From: Caecitellus pseudoparvulus
Taxonomy: Eukaryota; Protista; Bigyra: Bicosoecida
Length of the DNA stretch: 64,000 bases
NCBI GenBank assembly: GCA_965644315.1
Contig: CBFFRQ010000067.1
Location: forward strand, 124,001 to 188,000
Direction of reading: 5' to 3'
Notes under the pieces: generated by a model
What the model saw: only the letters and a program-made list of their open reading frames with translations
The model's database searches: none
What the model was told of the DNA's origin: nothing
Made by a program: the position numbers and the translations under genes
Part shown: positions 51,901 to 61,528 of the stretch, piece after piece
Position numbering within the stretch: the stretch's first letter is position 1
Layout: every line of letters begins with the position of its first letter

Positions 51901-52123
51901 ACGCTGCAGCTGCCTCGTCTTCCGAGCGCGTCAGGAGCACAGCAGCAGCTTCATGGACTGCTCGTTGCAGGCTGTGTGCTGCGCTGATGAGCTCCACTTC
52001 CTCACTGCTGGGTGAGGGGCTGCTCCGTCGAGGGGGGGTTGCAGCAGGTGAAACGCGCGTTTCAGCGCTCCACCGACCAGCACCAGGGCCGGCCTGGCCA
52101 GGCGCAGGAGGAGGTGTCTGCAT
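48941..52123 (-). CDS. Hypothetical Pro/Ala/Ser-rich protein with short coiled coils
   Basis: Uninterrupted ORF of more than 1000 codons; no recognisable domain. Confidence 0.65.
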   Translation of the reverse strand: MQTPPPAPGQAGPGAGRWSAETRVSPAATPPRRSSPSPSSEEVELISAAHSLQRAVHEAAAVLLTRSEDEAAAAFRERSAGQRAARQASADRVAAEAALAEVQLQQRHVDSLRKMLVHRLAEASSQLLQPRPGRSPGQPPMAHRTGDFAASHSLARAARDNASALLELLGGQVGPPHRPPSGSANTPQVAADHAGFVGALVARLRSPPRRAGSGGGTVVSTPDGDIEVSESADRTRPRPHKPAGAVPTRSGENRTLSSTPEEVEVEEAEPNSAAAARAFHAQTGEPVITVLLPRRPTRVQLRQAQQDLKEYTRHVTARLRALQSVGDAARRRMAFHGDERDTSHFRATTPGLDVDSDDGSSEEGDWVPPPEPHSPGRQHTSPAHQLSSRSAAHRLPPHQRQPKPSPAPVLPALHGSGAGFPAVANTLLRLRTLQESPVQEQTPPQTREGAPSQGPDTSAEPSLSAAAPHVQAAPPTPERQHSSLPLQRSTSQKAALQQVFRPAFNLPKYQQAKHDERCQTLHSSSLRGLALATAAASAKGAPPPALRNYNAGKDSQSAAGAARHAQHIEAGAAGLAQPLPAPPPLPSQVPLPQSEQVAPSPILAAEPTATQRAMPPVPETTPQDDPRTGTETQVAPAKPWYTLSPGREVSEESDAFTPPMRGVSDGSGSGLGSPRTRGRTVSNLTQEQLDHDWLGPDGVIMGPVQTPKASADGAKRKTSVRWAETPPITEDTPPADASPPASAMQAETPTAHVPAPVPAAGGADTSSASQATPHKPGVAARVAAWFGRKPASDAAAPPKPATPPPAAAASPAPAPKSKSLWGGIRGVFGMAGGGGAGSATKAQAEGVPLGSAPTIQKEAWYPRWRQDWEGTGDFQRYTGNAAPELAVPLPFKPLHVGHDTVPAGMGPPSPGATPAAAALSPRLGTRAYSTPTTHLMKVLKEGDGWGHSTPHASTYYDGGVDDLEDSTLLSQVQALRPSERRRNLAADEAAAGVRLDLLTPPSGKSTAGAALQWQGAAMSAREAGQRSAEASLANDPVARDDPSLPSPARSPRGNLQGFAL

Positions 52124-52375
52124 GGTACACTTCACTGAAGCTGAGAATTTGCTCTGCGGGGCCCCTTTAGTCTCCCGCCACTCCAGTGGCGGGCGCCTCT
52201 CGATACGTATCGCTGGTGTGGTGGGTCGCTCCTCCCTCCTTGGCGCAGCAGCCACCTGCAGGCTGCCAAGCTTGCACACGGCATGGTGGCTCGTGCTGCA
52301 TTGGACTATGTTGGAGTGTTATGTTTGGTACGGAGGGCGAGCTGCGCCTGCACTGCCTGCCTTGGTTGATTCGCC

Positions 52376-54391
52376 TTACCCGTACCGCCTCCGGGCACGC
52401 AGCAGCAGTGCGTCGCGCCGTGAGCCCCATTCTGAGTCTGCCTTGAGGCGCTTCAGTATTGGGTACTTGGGTAACAAGCTGCTCATATCAGCGGGTGTGA
52501 AGTAGCGGCGCCAGCGTGGCTTGAGCAGCTCACGCAGCACTTCATCCCACAATTCCACACACGCGAAACGCAGCGAGTCAACGGCCGTTGTCGTGCCGAA
52601 GCCGAATAGCGGCTCAAGGTCTTCATGGGGCATGTGCAGGATCATGGAGACAATGTCGGTGTGGCCGAACCTGCAGGCGTTCCTGAAACACTGCCCTTCC
52701 CGTAGCCACAAGCGAGGCCTGCGGGGCCCGTCCAGACTCAGCAGCAAACGCACGACCTCTGTACGACCTTCTGTACATGCGATACGCAAGGCTTCGTCCT
52801 CCCGTGCGTGCACGTCGACTGTCTGGGCGCCGGTGAGGCTGAGCAATTCCCGAACCACCTCCACGTGTCCATTCGTACAAGCACGTCGGAGAGCCACGTT
52901 GAACTTGACACCTACATCCACAGCCCGGTCGCCTGTGAGGGCCAGCAGCCGGCGCACAACATCAATGTGGCCGTACTCACAAGCACGCTTGAGGGCTTCT
53001 TCGTGGCATGCGTGCACATCCACACGTTGCGCACCCTGTAGAGCCAGAAGTGTGTCCACCACTGCCAAGTGCCCGCCGCTACACGCCTGTCGGAAGTTGT
53101 AGTCGCGATTGCTACGCACTTTGGGCATGCGGTGCGCTGGTAGGTGCAGCATCTCCTGCACGACGCGGGTCGCGCCATGCGCACACGCGATTTGAAATCC
53201 CAAGTCCACGACGGGCCTTGCCAAGGCACACTCCCCCGCCAGAGCCAAAAACTCATGTACGATGTGAATGTGGTCCCTACCACATGCAATCGTGAAGGCT
53301 GGCTGCTTGTCGATGTGGTGTGTGACACCCTGCCCATCAGCAGCTCGCAGCAACTCCTGCACTAGCGGCAGGTTCCCGGCTGCACTTGCCTTGTACAGTG
53401 CGTCTCCACCCAGCTTCAGCATGTCAATCGGGCATGCTGTTGGGTGTGCGAGCAGCAGTCGCACGACTTCAGTGTGGCTGCCTGCCACAGCGGCGCGAAA
53501 CGCAGCATCGCGCGCGGCGTGGATGTCTGGGCAGCGGGTAGCATCCAGGGTCAGCAGCATGCGCACGATGCCATGCTGGCCAGCCCGAGCAGCGTACCGC
53601 AGAGCCGCCTCGCGACCAGCGTGCACTGCTACGCCACAGGGGTCTGGTAGTTGCAAAAGCATTTCCGCCGTGGGTATGTGGCCGTTCTGGCAAGTGTAGA
53701 TGAAGGCACGGGAGGGGTTGGGCCAGCACGCCCACTTGAAGCATGGCGCGGGCTGCAGTATGCGCCTCGCCACATCGCGCCATCCCCGCTTGCATGCCCG
53801 CACCAGTGCATCTTCTCGAGCTCCAGTGCTCACCATTCCTCGATCCTCAGGTAGTGAAAGCAGCAACTGCACGACGTCAGCATGCCCAGCCTGTGCCGCC
53901 ATGCGCAAGGCAAAGGAGTCTTGGGCCTGCACACCAACCGTCCGTGCCCCCTCCAAACCCAGCAACACGTGAATAACGGCTGTATGCCCGTAACTGCACG
54001 CTTGTCGAAAGGCCCACTCGTCATGCCCGTGGACGTCGACTTGGTCGGCGCCCGGCAAAGACAGCAGGAAACGCACCACATCGACATGTCCAAAGGCACA
54101 CGCTCGACGAAAGGCCAGTGCTGCGTTGGCGTTGGCGTCAGGCTGCCTGCTGTGTGGTTGACCCATCAGCGCTCGCACAACCTCCACGTGACCCGCACGG
54201 CACGACATGACTAGGGCTGCATCGTCACCCACATGTGAGCCAGGCAGCGCCTGGCGCTCATAGGCAAGCATGGCCTCCACGAGCTCTGCGCAGTTGAGTC
54301 TGCACGCCGCCTTGAACGCTTGCGCGAAAGTGTCCAGATCAGGAGCTGCGCCACTGTCCAGGACACAGTTCAGCTGCCGCAGATTCTCCAC
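52376..54391 (-). CDS. Ankyrin-repeat protein (start uncertain; first in-frame ATG at ~54271)
   Basis: About 15 tandem ~36-37 aa repeats of the form DVHA.DE.AFR.AC..GH..VVR.LL.L. Confidence 0.85.
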   Translation of the reverse strand: MENLRQLNCVLDSGAAPDLDTFAQAFKAACRLNCAELVEAMLAYERQALPGSHVGDDAALVMSCRAGHVEVVRALMGQPHSRQPDANANAALAFRRACAFGHVDVVRFLLSLPGADQVDVHGHDEWAFRQACSYGHTAVIHVLLGLEGARTVGVQAQDSFALRMAAQAGHADVVQLLLSLPEDRGMVSTGAREDALVRACKRGWRDVARRILQPAPCFKWACWPNPSRAFIYTCQNGHIPTAEMLLQLPDPCGVAVHAGREAALRYAARAGQHGIVRMLLTLDATRCPDIHAARDAAFRAAVAGSHTEVVRLLLAHPTACPIDMLKLGGDALYKASAAGNLPLVQELLRAADGQGVTHHIDKQPAFTIACGRDHIHIVHEFLALAGECALARPVVDLGFQIACAHGATRVVQEMLHLPAHRMPKVRSNRDYNFRQACSGGHLAVVDTLLALQGAQRVDVHACHEEALKRACEYGHIDVVRRLLALTGDRAVDVGVKFNVALRRACTNGHVEVVRELLSLTGAQTVDVHAREDEALRIACTEGRTEVVRLLLSLDGPRRPRLWLREGQCFRNACRFGHTDIVSMILHMPHEDLEPLFGFGTTTAVDSLRFACVELWDEVLRELLKPRWRRYFTPADMSSLLPKYPILKRLKADSEWGSRRDALLLRARRRYG

Positions 54392-55145
54392 CCCGGAGGC
54401 TACACCGGCAGCCTTCCTCGGATGGATCAGATCGGACGTGTCTTGTAAGGAAGATAGGGCAGCGCTGAGGGGCTGCCTGAGAGCTTCCCGGGCCTCGCAT
54501 GCTTCCCGATCTTCTGCGGAATTTGTGCCAAGGCCTGCGATTTCCGCAACAAAGCAGGGCGTGGCTTGCGAGGAAAGTTGGAGGACGGACTACCGGGGCA
54601 TGAGCATCACGCAATGCATACGCACACACAACATGTTTCACTTGGGAATCCCTTGCAGCTCCCTCCATGCCGCAGTAGTGGGGCTTGGAACTGCTGGACA
54701 AATGTCTACCACGCCAATGCTGTCCCAGCAGTGGATGGAGCGCAGAAAAGGAAGCTTACAACACGAGGGTCGCAATCGCTCTGATAAAGTTTGGATGTGA
54801 AAGGCCTCCAGCATGTCTTGCCGGGGTTTGGCAGCCCTGTGCTTGCGATTTGTGACCTTGAGAATGGTGCCCACGATCTCATTCTATCGTTTTCGTGTCT
54901 CCCTGCACACCAAGCAAGGCAGTGAAGAATGATGTACACGCTCATCTCCCAAGAGCCTTGCCTGCTTCCCCTCCACCATCCCTCGGCCCCGGCTCGGTCC
55001 ACATTCGTCGGCTCACCCTTGGCGCCACAAACCAATGTAGGCAAAGCAACCACCAGTGCCACACTTCAATTGGCCACCCCACACCAAGCCCACCTGTAGC
55101 GAATGCTCATTCCTCCATTCCCCATCTCCACAGGACCAAGGCACC

Positions 55146-56871
55146 ATGGCTGCCGCTGCCGCGGAAGGTGAGTTTGCAGCTCGGCGCTGCTGCACTGCAC
55201 CACGACACTCCACCACGCCGGGGCTCATTCACAGGAAGCTCCCAGGGCTCGGGGGATGACTACGCCGTGCTGCTTTGTCGGGGAGAGTACATTTACATTT
55301 ACCGTAACCTCGAGCAAGGCTTGCCAGTGGCCGTGCACGTTGGGGGAACGGCGTGGGACGTCGCACCTATGCCTGGTGTGGGCTTGGCCGCCTTCGTGGC
55401 CAGCTCCAAGGTGGGCGTCATCGACGTCGTGCAGGGCACTGTGCAGTACTCCACCGACTCCAGCGTCACTTCTGTTCGCGGTGTGGCCGCCCTGCCCAAC
55501 GGCCGTGTCGTCGCCGGTGGCTCTGGGAAGCTGTTTGTCACCAGCGGAGCTGGGCAGGGCGAATCGGTCGACCTGCCGCATAGCAGCAGCGTGAACGGCA
55601 TGTGCAGCCTGCCAGATGGCCGCTTTGTCGTGGCGCAGGATGGTTCATACTTGAGCATTTGGCGTGCCGCTGGCGGTTCAGTCGAGCTGGACTGCGAAGT
55701 GACGGGGCACTCGTCAGACGTGGAGTGCGTGAAGCCCGGGCCAGGGGCAGATGAGTTCACCTCCAGCGCACGCGATGATACCTGTCGAGTGTGGAGCTGC
55801 CAAGACGGCAAGATGGCGCATAACTTCACCTCCAGCTCCAACTCCGTGTACGGCTGCAGTCCGATTGAGGACGGGCGAGTCTGGTACGCTGGCGCCTCCG
55901 CGACGCTGTACTGCTCCAGCACCAACGCGAACCACCCTGAGTGGTCTGTGCGCACGCGGGGCTCCTCCACCATTCGGTCAGTGCTGGCTCTGCCTGACCG
56001 CGACATGGTGCTGATGGCCTGTGACGGCGACAAGCTGCTGGCAGTGGGCATGTCGGGCGACCACCCCGTGCGGGAGCTGACCGTGCCACCTGGCAGCTCT
56101 GGCTCCATGCGAGGGCTGTACAAGATCCCCTTAAAGGCCCCACGAACTCGGAAGCTGGTGCCTCAGCCCGACGCACCTGCAGAGCGCCCCGAGCCCACTG
56201 CCGCTCAGAGAGAAGCCTACACGGCGCACATGCAGGGGGGCTTCGCGGCACTGAAGGAAAAGTGGGCGACTGTGAAGAGCGATGCTGAGCAGTATGAAGC
56301 TCTTCGGAGTGTCATGGCGTATGACTGGCATGTGCCGGCCGACGCTGCCGAGGCAGCGGTGCAGCTGCCTGACAGCGCGTTCGGGGGCGAGGACACCGTG
56401 CAGATGACCTTTGAGCACGTGGCTGCACTGCACCTGAGTGCTGCCACACTGCCAGAGGTACAGGCTGAACTCGCTGAGCATGTGCCTGTGGATGAGTGGC
56501 CCACCGAGCTGCAGACTGCCTGGGCTGACGCGAAGGGCTGCATCGTGCACGGGGAAACTGCACCGAATGGTCTCACATCTGTGACGGCTGCTGCCGCGGC
56601 GGGCTCGAGCGATGGTGGCGCAGCCCACCGCCTGCTGACGCAGGGGCGTCTGCTGTGGGCACTCGTGGATGCTGCAGACACCGTCACGGGCAACTTCAGC
56701 TCGCCCTGCCTGCTGTGTGACGGACAGGAGGCGTTCGCCGAAACGCTGCGCGCCGTGCTGAAGGTGGTGCCCCCCGCTGCCTGTGCCCTGCAAGACGCAA
56801 GTGGCAACACGCTGGCGTCTAAAGCCCGTGCCTGCAGCTTCCCCATCCCCATCCCGGGTGATAGTGCGTAG
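55146..56871 (+). CDS. WD40 beta-propeller protein; intron 55168-55233
   Basis: GHSSDVECV...SSARDDTCRVW, repeated LPNGR/LPDGR blades, helical C-terminal domain. Confidence 0.75.
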
Positions 56872-57472
56872 GGTGGCATAGGTGACGCGCTGTCCCACTG
56901 CAGGGTCCACGTGCGAGCACCAGACATTACAGTGCAGGCAGGCATGGCAGCAGCAGAGGGGCATGTCCATGGCTGCGTCTGGCTGCATCGAGCATGCTGC
57001 TGCCCCTCCTTTCTTTTCAAATGCACCTGCTGCAAGCTGTGCTTCCCATTCCTTGGCAGCAGCGGCTCACAAGAAGGCAGCTCTCCCCCGACGCGGCGGG
57101 CAAGGGACCCGGAATCTATCGGCGTGGGGTGGACTGCCCTTAACGCTCTCACTTCTTGGGTGGAGCAGTCACTGGTGGGGCTTGCCTGCTCTGTCCAGAC
57201 ACCCCAGCAACCGCCGCCAGGAATGCAGCCGTCATGCCCCTCCAACCCCCTCGCACCGACATACATGCTTCAGCCACTCCGGTCCTTCAACTCAAACTAG
57301 AACCACACCATACAGTCCACTGCGTGCAGTGTCGTGCTCTGCGCCTGCTTGTGCTTTCCTTCCGCGCCAGCACGCGCTATCCAGCAGCCTGTGCTCTTTG
57401 CAGCGCTTGACAGCTTCAAGCTGAACACAGCTTCGCTCGTGCCGTGCCCCAGCCCAGCGCCCCCGTGCTGCC

Positions 57473-59685
57473 ATGGCTGCTGAAGCCACTGCAAGCAGCA
57501 GCAGCGTGCTTGACTCGCTGGATGCCAACAAGCGCATCAACCTGGAGGATTACTACGCCATCGAAGGGCAGCTCGGAAGTGCGTGAGCCAAGCTCCGCTC
57601 ACTGCTCGACGTGGCATTCATGCACTTGCTCTGCTGTGGGGCGCAGAGGGCGGCCAGGGGACAGTGTACCTTGCCAAAGTGAAGGACACGTCGGAGTTCG
57701 TGGCACTGAAGAAGTTGGAGCACGCACGCATGTCACGTAGGGTGGGTTCCAGCGCCAAAGCGCCGCACCTGCTGCCCACCACGCCAAGGGATGCTGCAGC
57801 TTGCCGTTGCATTGCACCCGCTTGTAGGCGCAAGCTCAGCATGCATCTAGTTTTTTGCTGCCGATGTTCGTCCCCATGCGCCCCAGGCTTGGCTGTGCCT
57901 GCAGTTTGGCTGCGGTGTGGCTCAGCAACCGCCTGTCGAAGAGGGCACCTGATGGCATCATGCAGCCCACGTCAAGGCACCCAGCAGTGCTTCAGAACTG
58001 CCCACCCTCCACCCTGATGTGCAGGCATTTCGTCAACTTCGCGCGGAAGTGGCTGCGATGGAGGCTGTGAGTGCACGTCAGCGAGCAGCGCGTGTGGTGC
58101 AGGCTCGGCTCAAGTTCCGCGCCCCTGCTCGCCTTTCCAGCTCAAGTCTGTGCCCAACATCATCAAGATCAAGTATGTGCATTGGCGGGCCAGCCAGCAG
58201 AAGGCCTCTGGGCGGATACCCGTGTCCCTCATCGCTTCTGAGGTGCGTTCTGCGGCCCGGCCGCGCTGCATGGCTTGGCCCTGCTTCAGCCGACGTGGCC
58301 TGGCGTTGCGCAGGTGGCGCGTGGACACCTCATGAACTACATGCGGCAGATGGGGCCCTTCGACGAGGAGATCACCCGGCACTTTGCGCGGCAGCTGCTG
58401 ACTGGCCTGCAGGCCTGCCACACTCAGGGCATTTACCACCGGGACCTCAAGCCTGAGGTGCGTTGTGGTGGATGCTGGGCGGTTTCTGCAGGCGTCCAGA
58501 CGCACTAGCCTGCTTCACGCGCCACCTTGCTCACCACACGCCCATTCACAGAACCTGCTATTGTCCTCTGAATTTGACCTGCTCATCACAGACTTCGGCC
58601 TTGCCGCCATGATGGCACCAGAGTCTGCCCACCTGTGTGTCACTCCGTGCGGCACACGTGCGTACAAAGCACCCGAAATCCGTTACGCCGAGACGGCGCC
58701 ACGCGACGGCTCTGCGGCATACGACCCTGAAAAGTACGACGTGTGGTCTGCCATGGTGGTCATCTTCACCATGTTTGCAGGGTTCGCGCCCATGAAGGAG
58801 GCGTGCGCCACAGGGCCGCGGCCTGACTGGTGGTTCCTGCGGCTCAAGGAGCGCAACTACGCGAAGTTCTGGGAAGCGCACTGCCAGTTCGTGCCTGGAC
58901 ACTCCTTCCCCTCGGACTTCATGGAGTTTGTGGAGGCGGGGCTGGAGGTGGACCCCGCCAAGCGCGCCGGCATTGCCGATTTGCTGGACTCGGCGTGGCT
59001 GCAGGGAACCACTGCAGAGCTCAAGGTGGTGCAGGCGGACATGCGCCGCCGATACGACGCCTTCACGAAGCCCCTGGTCAAGGACGTCGCGCTGTCTTCC
59101 AACCCTGGCGAGATCGACCTCCTGGGTGGTGGCGTCACACGTGGTGCAGGCGTGCAGGCACCTGCCTTGCCAGCAGGTGTCGGCGGCGTCTCGTGGCTGG
59201 CACTGAACACGGGCTGGTGCTTCGTGGCAGGCGAGGTGCAGGATTTGGTGGGTGACATTGCCAACGCCTGCGCAAAGTGGCCGGGTGGTGCGGACTTTGT
59301 CGTTGACTCCGATGCCAGCGGCACCTTCACAACGCACAAGGGAGACTATGCCGTGAAGGTGCAGCTGTACTCCCAGCCTGAACAGCCCGGCGTGCTGGTG
59401 CTGCACGCTTCACCCGCAGATGATGCCACTTCCCTGGCCACACCTGCATTTGATGTGGATGCTGAGCTGGAAGGCAAGGAAGCTGACGATGCCACCGGCG
59501 GCGCGAGTGGTGCGGAAGTTGACGAGGCAGCTGACTTGTCAGGCCTGGCGGAGGAGGTGGCGGTGTTCTTGCAGGGGCAGTTAGCTGCGCCAGAAGCCAG
59601 CCCTGAGTCTGCTGCAGGCGCCCTGGCGGCCTTGCCTCAGGCTGGGGCGTACCTGGCAGTGCCGCCGTGTCCCGACAGCGAGTAG
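57473..59685 (+). CDS. Ser/Thr protein kinase (CAMK-like), 5 introns
   Basis: LGKGGQGTVY, VALK, YHRDLKPENLLL, TDFGLA, TPCGTRAYKAPE, DVWS after splicing GT-AG introns. Confidence 0.9.
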
Positions 59686-59801
59686 AGCCAGTGCAGAGCT
59701 GACGCCAAATCACTCCATGCACAACTCCACTTCACCCATATGAATGCAGTCACGCCTGTGCAGCTCGGTGTTGCACGTGCAGCCCACACACCCTCGGCGC
59801 C

Positions 59802-61286
59802 ATGGCAGCGATGGCATCTGGGAGCCTGACGCGGCAAGGCGAGCAAGCCGTGGCAGAGGTGAGGCGCTCGCTGAGGCGTTGCGCAGGGCTGACACCCCAT
59901 GCCGCACCTGGCCACCACGCCCCCTGCAGGCTGAAAAGGAGCTGGCCAAGTGGTCCCTGTTTAGTTCCACTGAGAAGAACGAGAAGGCCGCCGACCTGTA
60001 CCAGAGAGCAGGGAATGCCTTCAAGGGAGCGCGGGACTGTGCGTTGCGCGGGTTGGCATGGCAGTGGCTGGGTCTGAGTGCTGGCACAGCATGCTTGTGT
60101 ACTGTATTTGGACGCCTTGCTATCGCAGGGGAGCGCGCCGCCAGTGCCTACGAGAAGGCAGGCGATTTGCAGGTAAGCAGCCTCGCGTTTCCCTGCCATG
60201 CACGGCACAGCACGCCCTGCGTGGACCTGCCGCCCCTCAGCGAAAGCTCGGGAACGAGTTGGACAGTGTGAACCTCATTCAGAACCAGGCCGAGTGCATG
60301 CGCAACTACGACCCAGTCCGTGCGTGCACGCTCTGTTGCCACGTGCACGGCTTGCGCTGGCGTTTCGGTGGTGAAACGCGGGCGCCACTCGTCGCTCCCG
60401 CCACGTCCAACTGCGCAGAGGCAGCCAGTCTGCTGGAGGATGTGGTGGTTGCGAGCATGGCCACAGCTGGGCGGTTCTCTCAGGCTGCACGCCTGTTGGA
60501 GAAGACTGCCGAGTCTCTGGAGAAGGCCGGCAAGCAAGTGAAGGCGATGGAGCTGTACGCTCAGGCCGCAGAGTACCACTTTGGCGAGTCAGCATCGGCT
60601 GCTGGCAACCGCTGCCGCAACAACTCCGCCATGATCAAGGCCAAGATTGCGCTGGGCACTGAGGATGAGGGCGAGCGCGCCACTCTGTGCGTCTGCCGGC
60701 TGCGCCAGCAACTGTGTCTCCATCTGCACCACCGCCCATGACACGCCCTGCCCTGCACAGGCTGAACGAAGCCATTGACTCCCTGGTGGAGGTGGGCACG
60801 GCGTGCCTGGACTCGAGCCTGACCAAGTTCTCCGCCAAGGGGCACTTCCTCAACGCGGGCCTGCTCATTCTGGCCACCGATGACGCCGTGCGTGCCGAGA
60901 GGTGTGTGGACACCTTCAACGACCTGGACTACACGTTTGCTGCGAGCAGCGAGGGCAAGTTCCTGGCAGCCTTGACGGAGGCTGTGTCGGCGCACAATGT
61001 GCAGGTGTTCACGAACACAGTGTTCCAGTACGACCAGATCAAGAAGCTGGACCCTTGGAAGACGACGGTGCTGCTGACTGTGAAGCGCAGCATGGGTGAG
61101 GGTGGGACACCCCCCCCCTCCACGGCCCAAAGCGCCACTGCAGCGTCCACTGACCCGTCCTCGACGGGTGCCGACGAGTCAGCGCCTGTGGAGGTGACCG
61201 TCAAGACGGCTGAAGCGGAGCCGGTGACGCAGGATAAGGCGGAGAGCGGGGACGAAGGGGACGACGGCCTGGGCGGCCTGCTGTGA
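59802..61286 (+). CDS. NAPA: Alpha-soluble NSF attachment protein (alpha-SNAP/Sec17), 5 introns
   Basis: AEK.L..WSLF..EKAADLYQRAGNAFK, GRFSQAA, TKFSAKGHFLNAGL, FAASSEGKFL, YDQIKKLDPWKTTVLL.VK. Confidence 0.92.
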
Positions 61287-61528
61287 GCGACGCAGGGTGG
61301 CCACGGCAGGGAATGCATTTCGCACACGAGCGGGGCACCCTGGCGCCGGGGTGGGCGTCTGGGCGAAAGAGAAACACAGCGACGATTGTACAGACGGGTT
61401 GGCGGCGGCGCGACCAGTGAGAAGGGAACACACGATGAAAGGTCGCGACCGCCGCCGAGGAAGCAGCTGACAAGCCAGGCAATGCAGGTAACAGGGGGAC
61501 AGCAGCAGCAGGAAGGGGGGGGGGGTGA

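Noticed and set aside
18831-61286. Non-canonical or introner-type introns
   Set aside because: All introns I reconstructed are GT-AG (GTGCG/GTACG/GTGAG...CAG) and are not similar to each other in sequence.
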